Assembly (NCBI RefSeq): GCF_018350175.1
Contig: NC_058368.1
Span: 202,556,001-202,620,000 of the forward strand
From: Felis catus
Taxonomy: Eukaryota
Direction of reading: 5' to 3'
Length of the DNA: 64,000 nucleotides
The translations under genes and the position numbers were made by a program. The notes under the pieces are model-generated. The model worked only from the letters and a program-made list of their open reading frames with translations, did no database searches and was not told the DNA's origin. Numbering within the stretch: the stretch's first letter is position 1; each line of letters starts with the position of its first letter. This document shows, piece by piece, positions 1-13,820 of the stretch.

Positions 1-95
1 TCTCACACTCCACACCTATTCTTTTTGCTGTCCCCGGGGGAAGAACATATCAGGAGAAAGTTCACAGATGGCTTATTGCTTGTCCTCAAAGAGAC

Positions 96-140
96 AAAAA
101 AAAAAAAAAAAAAAACAACAACAACAACAACAACAACAAA
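96..140. repeat. poly(A) grading into (CAA)n
   Basis: Read directly. Confidence 0.95.
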
Positions 141-264
141 CTCACATTGATTGCCTTCAAAAGATTGCAAATCCAATGTTTACAGATCTCAGGGTGTAAA
201 AAGGAATTATCATGGCCCAGTTTTTGAACCTATCTACTAACAAAATAGAAGTCTCTAAGGAAGA

Positions 265-265
<1 letters not shown>

Positions 266-320
<55 letters not shown>
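266..320. repeat. (TG)n microsatellite
   Basis: Read directly. Confidence 0.97.
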
Positions 321-321
<1 letters not shown>

Positions 322-1156
322 ATGTATTTACAGTATATGCTGTACTTTTCAAATTTTTCTTTGAAAAAAAACATTTTTTTTTTCAGGACCGGCCAGCTTC
401 CCTTAGTCTTAGCTGAGCATCTTCTCATAGTGCGGGTGATCAGTGGTCTGTCTTCTCATTATCTTGATGAGTTGGAAGGAGAAAACTCAGAGTCTGACTT
501 TCAGCATCATTCAGCCTCAGGAGCCAGGCTTTGTCTTTTGTTTTTCCACGTGGAGGCATTAAATTCCTTGTAATAAAATTTGTTATACTGCATATGATTA
601 CCATGACTCTCTCCCTTCCTCATAGTAGCATCCTAGCATAACTTGGTTTGGGTGACTTTGTTTTTGTTCTACTGCTCAGGCACTGGGATGGTCTTTGTAC
701 CCTCCCTGAAAATTCTGTTTTTATAAATTTTATATATAAGCATAATATCAATATATGGATATGTATAATTTTTACATCAATGCTTATGTCTGCTTATGTC
801 TCACTTAGTATCTTGTCCATTTTCCTTCACTGAAGAGACTCATGTTTCTGGGAGCCTTCCATTTACTTTTTGCTCTTCATATGACAAGATTCCCTTCCTC
901 TTCTTCAACCACTTCTTGGCTCAAAGTACTCACCAAATAATTTTTGGTTGCTTTTTTGCTGATTAATGATCCTCTGACTGAATTCTTCCTCTAAATTTTC
1001 CTCATGTGCAATTCTGATTGTCTTCATCTAAAGGAAACGTCCACAGAAGTTCCTTCTTGCCCCTGTTTTTCACACCAGCAGGGCCACAGCACTTACTTCG
1101 TTGGCCTTCTCAAGCTGTGTGTTTGTTAGGTTTCCTCCACTTTCTTTCTTTCAAAA

Positions 1157-1371
1157 ATTTTTAATGTTTATTTATTTTTGAGAGAGAGAGAGACAGAGTC
1201 AGAGCGTGAGCAGGGTAGAGGCAGCAAGAGATGGAGACACAGAATCTGAAGCAGGCTCCAGGCTCCGCAAGCTGTCAGCACAGAGCCTGACGTGGTGCTT
1301 GAACTTAATGAACCACGAGATCATGAACTGAGCCAGTCAGATGCTGAACCAGCTAAGCAGCCCAGGCACCC
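1157..1371 (-). mobile_element. CanSINE
   Basis: T-tail, (GA)n, cagaatctgaagcaggctcc, ends cccaggcaccc. Confidence 0.92.
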
Positions 1372-1863
1372 TTAGTTCTCTTTATTTTGCTCAGAGCCCT
1401 GGTTATCCCTGTGCCACCGAAGCTCTTCCCAGGGGCCAGTGTGATCCTGCCAGTTCTGTGATCATGCTTCCATACACCATGCCTCTGCCCAGGTGTGGAC
1501 TTCTTGAACAATGTGAGGAGTCTGATGTGGTCATGAGCTTAAAGACATATATGGCTCTTCAGCTGCTCTGCAGGTGTGGATCAATGGGATACTTACAAAC
1601 TGATAGGAGGTTTTGCCTACAACAATTTAGGTTCTTTAATGCAAAGAGAAATAAATGATTGAGGTGCCAGATGTTTGACATCATGGGTAAAGTTCTCAAT
1701 TTTTTCCAATAATTTGTCCTGAAAAAATTAAAGGATCGTTACCAAATGTACTAGTTATCCAAAGAAAATGTTAACAAATTACCCAGAAAGTCTCTCATTG
1801 GAAGAGACATACTCTTGTTTATATCCATTAGAGATGTAAATCCTTTAAGATACACTTGTTTTA

Positions 1864-2074
1864 TTATTTTTTAATTATTATTTTTTTATTTTATAAAGAG
1901 AGAGAGAGAGAGCATGAGCCAGGGAGAGAAGCATAAAGGGGAGAGAGAGAATCTTAAGCAGGCACAACACTCAGCATGGAACCCTGACAGGGGGCTTGAT
2001 CCATGACCCTGGTTTCACGACCTGAGCCAGAATCAGGAGTCAGACCTCAACCAGCTGAGCCACCCAGGTGCCCC
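1864..2074 (-). mobile_element. CanSINE
   Basis: TSD aagata(c/a)acttgtttta at 1847-1863 / 2075-2091. Confidence 0.92.
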
Positions 2075-2327
2075 AAGATAAACTTGTTTTAAACTGTCAC
2101 TCTGGGCAACTGGATAAATTAACTTGCAATATAAGCCTTTTAGGTATGAGCCACTTAAATGTTGATTGTCATCGACTGTAACTGATTACTTGAGTTTCAG
2201 ATGAGTTTATCTGAGGTTCTTATTTCTGGGGGTACCTAGGAAGATGTATTAGTAGGCATTGCATTGGACTGTATATACCAAATACTCCAGATTATAATAG
2301 CATAAGATTGTTTTTTGTTTGTTTTGC

Positions 2328-2362
<35 letters not shown>

Positions 2363-3172
2363 ACTGAGAGAAGTCCAAAGATAGACGTTGGGAAGCTGGT
2401 ATGGTGACAGCCTGGTTTCATCAGAGATGTGATAATCTCCATTTAGCTTTCTGAGCCCCCATCTCCAGGATGTGTTTTTGTCCTCATGCTTACAAGACGC
2501 TTACTGGAACTCAAGCCATGATAGCCTTCTTTTTTTTCCAAAAAGGAAAGATAAAGAGCTGACGGTAATAGGGTGCAGACCATTTGAGTCAGTCCCCTTG
2601 GAACTTCAATGCCAACGCTTTGACTTGCAACACATAGACACATCTATTTATAAGATTGAATGTAAAATATAGCTTTTTAGCTAGTTAATGTGCTGACCCA
2701 ACAAAAATCATGTTATGCTTTTAAAGGGGCCCGCTGAGCATGCAGTCTTTGCCATGGAGGATAAAACAACTTTTGAGACTGTATGGTAATCTATGTGTGG
2801 GCAAAAATATCTCTTCATTTTCCACAATGCAAATATGTATGTTTGTGTGAGTGTGATGGGGGGGGTAGGGTGGAGATTAGAAGAAATGCGTAAAATCAAC
2901 TTATCCAAAATTAGTATCAACCTATCAATTTAAAAGTAAAAAGAAAGGGATAATCAGGGAAATTGTTATCCCCACTTTCACTGCAATAAAAATTATATTT
3001 AGCTAGGGCTATTCTTGCCAATTCTAACTATCATAGTTGACTTATGGTAGAGGTTCTTATTAACCACCAATATCTAGAAGTCTATATTGAGGTCATACAA
3101 CTATGGCTTTGGCTTATTCTTGTTTGTGAAATCAAATGCCTCAAAATACATCAATAAAAACTCCAAGCAGTC

Positions 3173-3173
<1 letters not shown>

Positions 3174-3209
<36 letters not shown>

Positions 3210-3260
3210 TATACATATATATATATACACATATATATACATATATGTACATATATATAC

Positions 3261-3300
<40 letters not shown>
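3174..3300. repeat. Compound (TA)n/(TACA)n/(TG)n microsatellite
   Basis: Read directly. Confidence 0.97.
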
Positions 3301-3306
<6 letters not shown>

Positions 3307-3509
3307 TTTTTCTAGCAGAGTTTTCCCACAAGGCCCTAAGATTCTCTTCAGAAAGTAGTTAAATATGCAAGGGCTGTGTCTAAAGTCTGTGCACTTCTCT
3401 CAAATATTATCCTGACAAATTTCACAAAAAAAAGTTTCTTTACAACTTAGATGAGATATTTAATAAAGTAATGAAGCTATAATATGTCTCATGATGTGGA
3501 GTATTTATT

Positions 3510-3763
3510 TATCTATGTATGTATTTATCCATGTATTTATTTATGGAAGTGTAGTTGACACATAATATTACATTAGTTTCAGGTATATAACATAGTAATT
3601 GGGCAGGTCTATACAGTATGCTATGCTCACCACAAGTGTCTCATCATACAATGCTATTACGATACCATTGACTATATTCCCTATGCTGTATCCTTTATTC
3701 ATGTGACTTACTCTTCCCATAACTAGAAGCCTTATCTCCCACTCCCCCTCACCCATTTGCCCT
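3510..3763 (-). mobile_element. Short L1 3'UTR end (carnivore / L1MA-like)
   Basis: T-rich tail followed by gtagttgacacataatattacattagtttcaggtata, similar to the start of the 22088 L1. Confidence 0.8.
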
Positions 3764-4045
3764 TTGTATATTGTAATTTTTAAACACATAATGGACTCTG
3801 GCTCTAATAAGATAGAATGTTAATGTGATAAGATGAAAAATCTTGGGGGGGGCTTCGATAATCCTCAAGGCAATAAACATCCCCCAGAGCCATTATTAGC
3901 TTGAGCTTATTAGTCATATCACTCTTAGATGTAGTATTCCACGGCCTTTTTGCAAGTCACCCTGGAATTAACAAAGTTTAGAGCAGTTTATAAAACCAAA
4001 ATACAAATTTCCTATAAAATTATGAAAAAAAAATCTCTTACTATA

Positions 4046-4157
4046 GGGGTGCCTGGATGGCTCAGTTGGTTGAGCTTCTGACTCTTGATTTCAGCTCAAG
4101 TTGTAATCCCAGGGTTGTGGGATCGAGCCCTGCATCAGGCTCTGTACTGGGTGTGAT

Positions 4158-4188
<31 letters not shown>

Positions 4189-4268
4189 TTCCCCCTCTCC
4201 CCATCTTCCTCACTCAAGCATTCTCTCTCTCTCTTTCAAAAAACAAAACAAAAAAAAACCCAAAAAAC
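4046..4268 (+). mobile_element. CanSINE
   Basis: ggggtgcctggatggctcagttggttgag head, (CT)n linker, A-rich tail. Confidence 0.92.
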
Positions 4269-5991
4269 CTCTATTACTGTAAACTAACTTTCCAAATTCA
4301 AAACACAGCTTACTCTAATCAGAGGAGGTTTACTTATGACTTCTAGACATCTTAGTTTTGCTTCTCAAGAAAAGTACCGAAAGGTCTAGAAAAGAAAGAG
4401 AAAACAAAAGACAAGATCACTTCACACTTCTTTGTTTAAAAAAATGAGTTTCATGATATTTGTGCTGCTTGCCATGAACAGTTTTTCTTGGAATATATAT
4501 GGTACACTGTATTTAATAAAATGCCAAATGTTTTTTTCCAGACCACAAGTACTGTCCTAGTTTAAGGAGAGAAAAATTGCTCAATGTTGAAACAGCCAGG
4601 AAGGGCTATACTGAGGGGAGATGTTTATAAACATGCAAAGAACAGGTGGAATTTAGAGAAGTTCACTCCAGTGAGGAGACACCTTCCACAAGGGCAGACC
4701 TGGGAATGATCTGTGTGTTTGTGTAATGATAAAGTAAACAGTTTCATTGGATGAGGTGTATGTGACAGATATTAACATAAAATAAGGAAAGGGTTGGGAT
4801 ATTTAAAAAAAATCACTGATTCATGAATTAAAAGAGTCACTTTCTCTGTTAATAGATAATATTTTTGTGTTTTATGCATTCACCACACCAAGTTTTTATA
4901 ATAACTTACATACTTGGCATTACTATTATTCAATAACAGCCATAAAGATGAGAGCATGTCATTTTAGTTAAGCAAGTGATTTGTATAGAGTAGAAGCTTA
5001 ATACATCTTTCTTGAACTTAACGGTACTTTTTGCATTAGAGAAGCATGTTCATGTTTCTCTAAAACGTCAACAGATATTCAGGGAGTATTCTTTGAATGA
5101 ATTGTTGACTGATAACAGCAGTTTCAGCAGTGACTCTGCTGATCGTTTTAGGCCAATATGCTAAGTTCTTGACATTCCTTAGTTTGACAACATACAACTA
5201 AGTGGCCCCTATTACTCATAACTAGAATGTTCTAGGGACAACTAACTAGGTTTTTTTTTATAAGGAAAAAAAAACTAATACAGCACAATGGACTTCACAG
5301 AACGTGGAGTAGCAACAGTTGTCATGTGTTTTGACATCAAGTATGATTTTCCTTCTGTCCTCCATATGTTAAAATGAAAACTCTGCACATATGGTCTATA
5401 TATCATAATAAGGTTTTTTAGGCATACATCTAGTTGTATAGTTCTTATCCCTAAACTATCATTGAGTAAGCACAAAGTAAATAAGGAAACTTAGAACCAG
5501 TGAACTGTAATACAAAGAACGTTTAAAAATACTCCAATTTAAGTAGAATTTTCGGGATAACTGAATGGAAGTTTCAAGATGACAAATTGCAATTCAACAA
5601 AAAAAATTTTTTTTTAAAAATCTTTAACAATGAAACAATGAATTATGTTTGAAGTACTTAAATAGAGACTGGATTTTTTTTTTGTCAGGAGTTGAATAGG
5701 GTGAATAGGTTTCCAAATCAATTCTGTAAACATTCAGCAAAATGTGTGTTCTGTTTAAAGCTTAACTAAAAATGTTTCCTCCTAGTTGGATTTTGAAAGA
5801 TGGGGAGAAATTCAGCAACTGTAGTGGGATGAGGCAAAAGTGATTATAAGTGGTCAGATTAACAAGAAGGAAAGAATTTTGAGGAAGGGTAGTGTCCTAA
5901 TAAAAGTAATTAAATTCGTGAGGGAGAAATGTCCTTGAAAAATAAATTTGGACCAGCTGACACTAGGTCTTGAACTCAGCAAGAAATTTAG

Positions 5992-6212
5992 GTTTTTTTT
6001 GTTTGTTTTTTACAGTTATTTATTTATTTTGAGAGACACAGAGACAAAGTGAGTGGGGGAGGGTCAGGAAGAGGGAAAGAGAAAATCCCAAGCAGGTTAC
6101 ACACTGTCAGCGTGTAGCCCTATATGGGGCTTGAACTCATGAACCATGAGATCATGACTGGAACCAAAACCAAGAGTTGGATGCTTAACCAACTGAGCCA
6201 CCCAGGTGCACC
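5992..6212 (-). mobile_element. CanSINE (1 of a cluster of 3)
   Basis: TSD aagaaatttag at 5981-5991 / 6213-6223. Confidence 0.9.
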
Positions 6213-6234
6213 AAGAAATTTAGTCTTAATTCTT

Positions 6235-6439
6235 TTTTAAAAAATATTTATTTATTTTTGAGAGAGAGAGAGAGAGTGCAAGCCTGGGAGGGACAGAGAG
6301 AGAGGGAGACAGAGAATCAAAGCAGGCTCCATCTGAGCTGTCTGCACAGAACCTGTTGCAGGGCTTGAACTCATGAACCATGAGATCATAACCTAAGCCA
6401 AAGACTGATTCTTAACTGACTAAGCCACCTAGGCACCCC
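6235..6439 (-). mobile_element. CanSINE (2 of a cluster of 3)
   Basis: TSD tagtctt(a/c)attctt at 6221-6234 / 6440-6453. Confidence 0.9.
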
Positions 6440-6504
6440 TAGTCTTCATTCTTAATTGAAGAATAATCCTTGAAGCTTTTGAACTATATGATCAAATTGG
6501 TGTT

Positions 6505-6701
6505 ATATTTATTTTTATTTTTATTTTTTTATTTGAGAGAGTGGTGGTGGGAGAGGGGCACAGGGAGAGAGAGAGAATCTTAAGCAGACTCCACACTTAG
6601 CATGGAGCCCAGTGTGGGGCTGGATCCCATGACCCTGGGATCTTGACCTGAGCCGATATCAAGAGTCTGACACTCAACTGACTGAGCCACCCAGGCACCC
6701 T
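6505..6701 (-). mobile_element. CanSINE (3 of a cluster of 3)
   Basis: TSD tcaaatt(g/a)gtgtt at 6492-6504 / 6702-6714. Confidence 0.9.
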
Positions 6702-8929
6702 TCAAATTAGTGTTTTAATAAGACCACTCTGGTTATACAATAAGAGTGCTGAATGAACCAAAAATACTGGAAGTGAAGAGAATGGCTAGGAGGCTATTTC
6801 CTGATTCAAATAAGGGATACTAAGGAGATAATAAGGAAATAGAAGACAAGGCAGGGTATTTGAGATAGACTTTTAAAACAAAGGACACCAATTCCTAAGA
6901 ATGTTAAATTATAGCATAAGATTTTAAAGCTGTTGTCACCAGATATATAGATATATAAGTAGTTAAGCCTTTTTTTTTTAACTCAGAAGCCGAGGGGAAT
7001 AAGTTTTGAGAAATCTCATTCCATGTTCTAATATTTTGTTTATTGGGCTTAAGATATTCTTAACTGTTGACAATTCTGTGCAGTAAAACTTCTAACCTGT
7101 TCTTCTCAGGGAACAATGAGTAGGTGAAAGCTTACTAGCAAAAAGCAAAAACAAAAGCAAAAGAAAACACACATACAAAAAACAAGGAAGTTGATCAGTA
7201 TGCTAGATGTTTTCTTCTGGTCCTTTGGTATTTTGTTAGCCTCAGAGAATTTGTTTCCTTTTAAAAATAGTTATATTACGGAGAAACTTACAAGTTTCCA
7301 ATTTTTACTTATTTACCTTAATGTAGGTCCTAATTCTATGGAAGTCTATAGATGGTGAGCCCATATAACTGCTTATCCTAACCTGGATGGTTTTATCTGT
7401 ATCAGTATCTGTAACGCAGGTGGAGATAATTGTGATTTTACAACTTAATCATGTAAGAAATGTGGTTTTTACATATTTCTTTCTTACCTTCCCACCCCCT
7501 CCTTCTTTGCTTTTAAAATTTTAGTATACCCTGCTATGAGCTCTCATTCCAGGCTTCCAAAATATTTACATCATAATTTTATTTCTTGTTTCATCATAAA
7601 AAGTACCGTTTTCTAAGAGTACTGCTTCTCCTTACAGAAACAGGTGATATATTTGGTTAAATTCTGAAAAGGATAAATTTAACCTCGTTACTTTCTGGAT
7701 GTTTTCATGTTGTCTGATAATGTTGAGATCTAAGATATTTGTCTCAAATTAGATATTTGTCTCAAATACTGTCACTTTGCCCTGTGTTTTCTTAATGTTC
7801 TGTGGACATTTCTCAAATGTAATTCTCATTTCATTATACTGTAGTGTATTTTTGCCTTTTTTCTATTTCACTGAATACCAGTAAATTTTTTTGGAAAATG
7901 GGGCTGTACTTTATTCATCTTTTATATCAGTGTGTGCTATGCTTTAGGACATAGTAAATAAATATTAATAAATGAAGAAATTTTTTTTTCTATTAAATAG
8001 TACATCACTCTATCTAAAGCCACAAGATGGATGTGCACCTTTCATATCAATCAGTATTTGCTGTCTGTGTTTTGGTAAATCAAGCTTGCTTTACTGCAAT
8101 ATGGTACAATTTTTAGTTTTTTCTAGTTCCTCTGAAGCCTTCTGAATTCCTTTGTAAGATTTAAAATAGGTTTTATAAAATCTTCTCCATGGATGTGACA
8201 ATAACTACTGTGGAATTAAGTGCTAGAGCTTTTGTTCTCTAGAGTATTATTTTTTAGAGAGCCAATTCAATTTAAAAAGTAAGAACATGTATGGGACATG
8301 GCTTAAGAATTGTTAAGAGTTATAGAAAAAAAATATATTGTACAGCTTTACATTTTAAGTAAATTATTTTATAGATAAATATCAATAAAATGATCTCATT
8401 GTATTACACTAATATATTAATATCTAGTTGGGTCTGGAAACTAGCCATATGGAGCTAGCTTTCTAATATTTTAGCCTGAAATTAGATCTTTAAGTGTAAA
8501 CTGGGAAAATATGTGTGACATCTAACACATGTGCTGTTCAACATTTTTCTAGAGCTTTAGACTGCATTAACTATATCATATTCCAGAATACATGGTCATT
8601 GAATCTTCAGAAAACATTAAAGAGATCCTCGCAAATAACATTTGTTAGGAAAAAAGAAAGACTTTAACCAGTAGAATATATAAAACAAATTATATATGAT
8701 GAAATGTGTTTGTCTATAACCAGTGCAAAAGATAAAATAGGGTTTTGTAAATAGAGAGTGAAGAAATAGGTAATCCATCTAGGAAAACCAGCTAATTGCT
8801 CACACACTTACAGGCTTTAAGGATGTGTAAGAATGGAGAATCTTATCCTTAACTTTACAGGCCACAAACTAAATTTGGCTTCTTTTTTGATAACTTGTTA
8901 AACTCAATATTATAACCTTTTAACTAACC

Positions 8930-9765
8930 TCAATTTTATAGTTTTATATTTGCAGAAATGTTGCAAAGATAATACAGAGGGCTTCCGTTCATCCCATACC
9001 CAGTGTCCCCACTTAATAACATTTTATGTGCTATAGTATATTTGTCATACTAATGAACCAACACTGATACATTATTAACTGAAGTCCATACCATTATTCA
9101 GATTTGCTTAGTTTCTTTATTTAATGTTCTTTTTCTGTTCCAGGATCCCATCCAAAATCCACACTATATTAAGTCCTCATGTCTCCTGAGGCTCCTTTGG
9201 ACTGTGACAACTTCTTAGAATTTCCTCATTTTTAGTGACAGTTTTGAGGACAACAGTTTTTCAGTTAGGGTTTATCTGGTATTTTTCTCATGGCTAGACA
9301 AGGGCTATGAATTTTTGTAAAGATGACCATAGAGGTATAGTGCCATTCTCTGCTGGCTCACTCACGTCAAGGGTACATGCCTGAATATGACTTCTCTCTC
9401 ATGGTATTTACTTTGATTACTTGACTGAGGTGGTGTTTGGAGATTTTTCAGTATCAAGTTCCTTCTTTTTTCCCATACTGTCCTCTTTAAAAGGAAGTCA
9501 CTCTCTGTAGCCTACACTTACCGAGTGGGAAGTTATGCTCTTTCTTCTTTTGGGGGGTGTATCAACATAAATTACTTGGAATTCTTCTGCAAAGGAGATT
9601 TTTCTCTTCTCTGGCATTCATTTATTGATTCAACCATTCATTTATATTATTGAGGACTCATGGATATTTATTTTATACTTTGGATCATAATCCAATACTA
9701 TATTATTTATTTTGTTGCTTAAATTGCCCCACTTTTGGCCATTGCGAGCTCATAGAAAATGGCAT
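8930..9765 (-). mobile_element. L1MC-like 3'UTR fragment
   Basis: Recognisable blocks gttgcaaagataatacagag, ttctgttccaggatccc and gtgacagttttgagga. Confidence 0.75.
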
Positions 9766-9889
9766 TAGAAACAAAGATCAAGGCTTTGGGAGTGTTTTTA
9801 ACTTTTGTAAAGTAAACTCAAAAGTTTCTCATCAAATTAAGTAACTTCTTAAAACAAATTACCTGTGTAAATCCAGACTGCATTAAACT

Positions 9890-10510
9890 GGGTTGCAGAG
9901 ATTAATTGTCCCCCAGTATTTATTTTCCATTATGTTCCTTTAATAGGACCCTGAAGTACTAATTGGATCTGGAAATCAGCAATAAATCTTCCATTTCTAA
10001 GCCCTTTTGTAGTTAGATTTGGCCTTGTGACAGTTATTGAAGATGTGATGAAACTGATATCTTTAAGTATTCTTTTGGTCTTTAAAAGAAATTGTATCAT
10101 CCTTCTGCCCCTTCTTCTTTTGCCTGACTGGAATGTGGTTATGGTGGGAGATAGAACAGCCATGTTAAGTACGACAACATGGTAAGAAAGAATTGGGTCC
10201 CTGTTGTTCATGTGGTCATGTTGCAAGGTCTGAGATGCTAACACTTAAAAGAGAGAGACATAAAATATTATTTTCTTTTGTGGGGTGGGACAGAGAGAGA
10301 GGAAGAGAGAAAATCGCAAGCAGGCTCCACATGTCAGCACAGAGCCCAACGTGGGGCTTAAAATCACGAACCACGAGATCATGACCTGAGCTGAAATCAA
10401 GAGTTGGATGCCTACCTGACTGAGCCATCCAGGTGCCTGCCCTTAAAATGTTCTCTTTCAATCCTTTGTTATTTGGAGTTTTCCTGTCTCTGACATTCAA
10501 ATCTAACGTG
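9890..10510 (+). mobile_element. MLT1-family (ERVL-MaLR) LTR, interrupted by a SINE
   Basis: tagttagatttggccttgtgac, gcctgactggaatgtgg, cagccatgtt and the end tgttatttggagttttcctgt. Confidence 0.6.
10265..10440 (-). mobile_element. CanSINE inside the MLT1 LTR
   Basis: gagatcatgacctgagctgaaatcaagag...gagccatccaggtgcc. Confidence 0.9.
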
Positions 10511-11649
10511 AATTATATTTGGTATAACATCTTTTATGATAAAAATTTTGAATACATCTTGATCTGTTGCCCACAGCCTCTCACTTCAGATTATGTATTT
10601 CAGCTACTTACATCTAATTAAATAAATATTTATTAAATACCCCTCGTGAGCTAGGAGGAAATTTAAAAATAAATTAAAAAGCATCCCCGCCCTTTTGAGG
10701 TTATATTCTAGTCATATAATAGGAAATTTCCTGAGCACACAGTTCAATTCTTATGTTTGAAAACATGCCTCTACTTGAGATGCCCTTCAATTTCTATAGT
10801 CTTCACGAAATCTCTTAATTGTTTGTTAAGATTCAGCTGAAGCACTGTCTCTTCAGGGAAATCTTCCTCAACTTTTGTAGGCAGTCTTAGTCACTCCTTC
10901 ATCTGTGCTCCTGGAGCATGTGCTGTGAGCCTTCAAACTCAATATTGAGTCTTATCATTTATCTAGTAGATCACAGGTCCTACAAATTGGTTGTATATTT
11001 TCATTCAAGAATTATTACCTACCAAAATTCTGGCAGATGCAAGATGTTGGTGTAATTCAACTCTATTAATTTACAAAAATGTGTGACATTCTATTTGGAG
11101 GAAGACAATATTAGCATCTACTATAGTATCTAGAGGACTCCCTTCCTTTTTCTTATCAGGGTTCAAGTAATGATTAGGAGTTTGCACGATGATTCTAGAA
11201 TCAAAATCCTGTATGGCCTGGAGGGTGTTTGAACCAGGGCATGTTGAGGTCTGAATAATTACTGTCCACAAACAGGATGAGTTGCAAGGATCATCTTTTT
11301 TAGATTCCAAATTGTGTCTTAATATAGTGAACAAACCTGAAAATCCTTCAGAACAGCAGCATAGATAATAGCTGTCAATAGCTTTAACAAAACCAGTTTT
11401 CATGCTTGAGTTCCAATATATCACTTTATTTTAGTTGAGCACAAGTGCATCTGGGGGCTTTACGAGAGAAAGAAGTCCTGTCTTTAAACAGAACACAGTT
11501 TGCCCACTGAGATGTTCTTACTGGAAGAGACACATATAAACTGAGAAGGGAGAGCCTGAACATTTGCAAATGCAGTTCATGCTCACACTGCAGTATGTAG
11601 GCCTGAGGTGCAGCAATGACTGGAATCTTCTGAACTGCTGAAATGCTTT

Positions 11650-11855
11650 CTGTCTGTCTTTCTTCCTTTCTCCCGCCCCCTCCCTCCCTCCCTGGCTGTC
11701 TCCCTCCCTCCCTCTGTTCTTACCAGCCTGTCTTCTTCCTCCCCTTTTTCCTCCCTCCCTTCCTCCCTGCATCCCTTTCTTCTTTCCTCCCTTCCCTACT
11801 TCCTCCCTTCCTTCCTTCCTTCCTTCCTTCCTTCCTTCCTTCCTTCCTTCCATCC
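11650..11855. repeat. Polypyrimidine (CCTT)n/(CCCT)n tract
   Basis: Read directly. Confidence 0.95.
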
Positions 11856-13806
11856 ATTTCATGTTGTTCTTTATCTATCTCTCTTCCCCAGATGATGAGC
11901 ATGTACAGTTGAATTTTTAAGTTTAGTATATATGTGATGTACTCTATCCAAATAGACTAAATGTGTCTCACTTCCCTGAACAACCACATTTCTTGGGTTA
12001 CTTTCACCTCTAGGATATTACATTTATTGTGTGATAGTCTCACTCTTCTTATTTGGGTAGAGGTGCCCACATAGTTAAAATTGGAAAAGATCAATTTAGC
12101 AGGAGATGACACTATGCTGAAGACATGTTAAATACTGGCACTAATAGTAATAATTTATAAGGCTCAGAGAAGAAGCACATCCTATGTTGATCATGTTTTA
12201 AGACCTTGAAAGTAAGGAAAATGTCTTTTTTTTATTGTTAATCTGGGTGCTTTGGGCAGGGTGGACACTTAGTAGCAAATATGTACAGGGTTTTCAAAAT
12301 ATAATAGTGGCATTTTTTAAAAGTACACTGAACTCAGATAAAGTTATAGCAAATGAGATGATGATAAAAACCATTTGTTCACCAGCATAGCTGTTTTGGC
12401 TTTTGAAAGGCTTCAGACTGGAGGCAAAATCCTTGGCCTTGAGGATGGGCTTTCTGATTTTATCTATTAGTTTCTTGAATTATTGCTGCAGTAGAGCTCA
12501 CTCCTATCCTCTGAATGTCTCACATTTACCTATCATCTCTTAAAACCACCCTTTCTTTATTAGTAAAGTTACATTAATGACAAATATTAAGTCATAGATA
12601 TTTTATATAAGAAAGCCTGACCTTTAATGAGAATGCTTGAACATGTCATCGAGGCCACCTTGTGTTTTGAAGCACTTCAGTGCTATGATTATTATTACCA
12701 CATGCCCTTTATCTTCCTCTTTTCCTAACTTTTTCCCAGAAACACAATGCACAATGTTTGATCCCAGGAACAGAGGTAATGCTGAATATTTGAGGAAAAG
12801 TTGGCCATTAATCTTCTGTTATTTATATTACAAAAAGATGAAAACTATGAACATGGAGAATAATTTGGATTGTAAGACAAATGGCACAGTCTGACTTTCT
12901 GTGTAGAACTACTTTCAAAAGTAGTACACAGCAGCCTTTGTCTGAGATTTTTCCTGTACTCCTACTTGGACATAGGAAAAAGATACGATGCCCTTTTAAG
13001 ACATATTTCCAACTCAGTAATTGTCATATGAACTTTAAGAGTCAGTAACAGTCCTACTTGCAAAACGCTTTCACAGTAAGCTTTTTAAAAGCTAAGATTA
13101 GAATTAGTTCATTCCTATCTTCCCTTTAATTTTTAGTGCTTGGTTTATGTTATGTTGCTTTTCTGCATATAAGTTTGTATATCCCTTTGATTATACTCAG
13201 AATCCATATATAAAATTAAAATAAGTTTTAGTGAAATTCCGGTAAGATTTATTTTTCTGGAAATATATGCAGGTGTACCATATATCATTTTAAAATCAGA
13301 AATTAAATAATGGTAATGATGACTTTCAACCTGGAATTAGAATATAGTAGCTAGACAATGCTTACCTTTATATTCATTCAAATATCGATGTAGAATTTTA
13401 GGAGTCAGTGCATAGCTTTTAGTTTAAAAAGGAGTTCCAAACATTGAGCTATAACACGTTTGCTTTTGGAAAAGTGCTTGTTTTCCTACCCTTCCACTAA
13501 TAAAGGCCTAAACACCCTCCTTCGTCATATAATCCACTGGTTCCTTTCCTTTCCAACCATGTGAGCATGTTGCTTAATTCTCAGTTTGCAGGTTGAACTG
13601 TTTCTCCCTAATACACGTTTATTTCCCTTTGGGAAAAGAAAAAAAGGTGTTTCTCTATTGTGGATATCTTTTGTAAGACTGTTTCTTCTTCTTTTTTTCT
13701 GTCACATTTTCAGTGGGACCTTGGAACCATTTCAAAATCTCCATAAGGGGCATGGATATGGAGCATGCTTTCCTTCTTTTCCCATCCCACCATCGCCCTC
13801 TTAGCT

Positions 13807-13820
13807 GCTGCTATGGCAAC
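13807..13820. promoter_or_regulatory. Candidate RFX X-box
   Basis: GCTGCTATGGCAAC is 12/14 to the palindrome GTTGCCATGGCAAC and lies in a repeat-free, locally GC-richer block. Confidence 0.4.

Noticed and set aside
265..573. ORF and acceptor tttcag|GACC at 387 as an exon
   Set aside because: The ORF starts in a (TG)n repeat, there is no convincing donor and the peptide is not recognisable.
2322..2365. T31 tract flanked by ttttgcact as a solo poly(A) retro-insertion
   Set aside because: Only about 5 informative duplicated bases and no L1 endonuclease-type site; slippage is more likely.
11071..11424. 117-aa minus-strand ORF
   Set aside because: Non-ATG start, no recognisable domain and no splice support.
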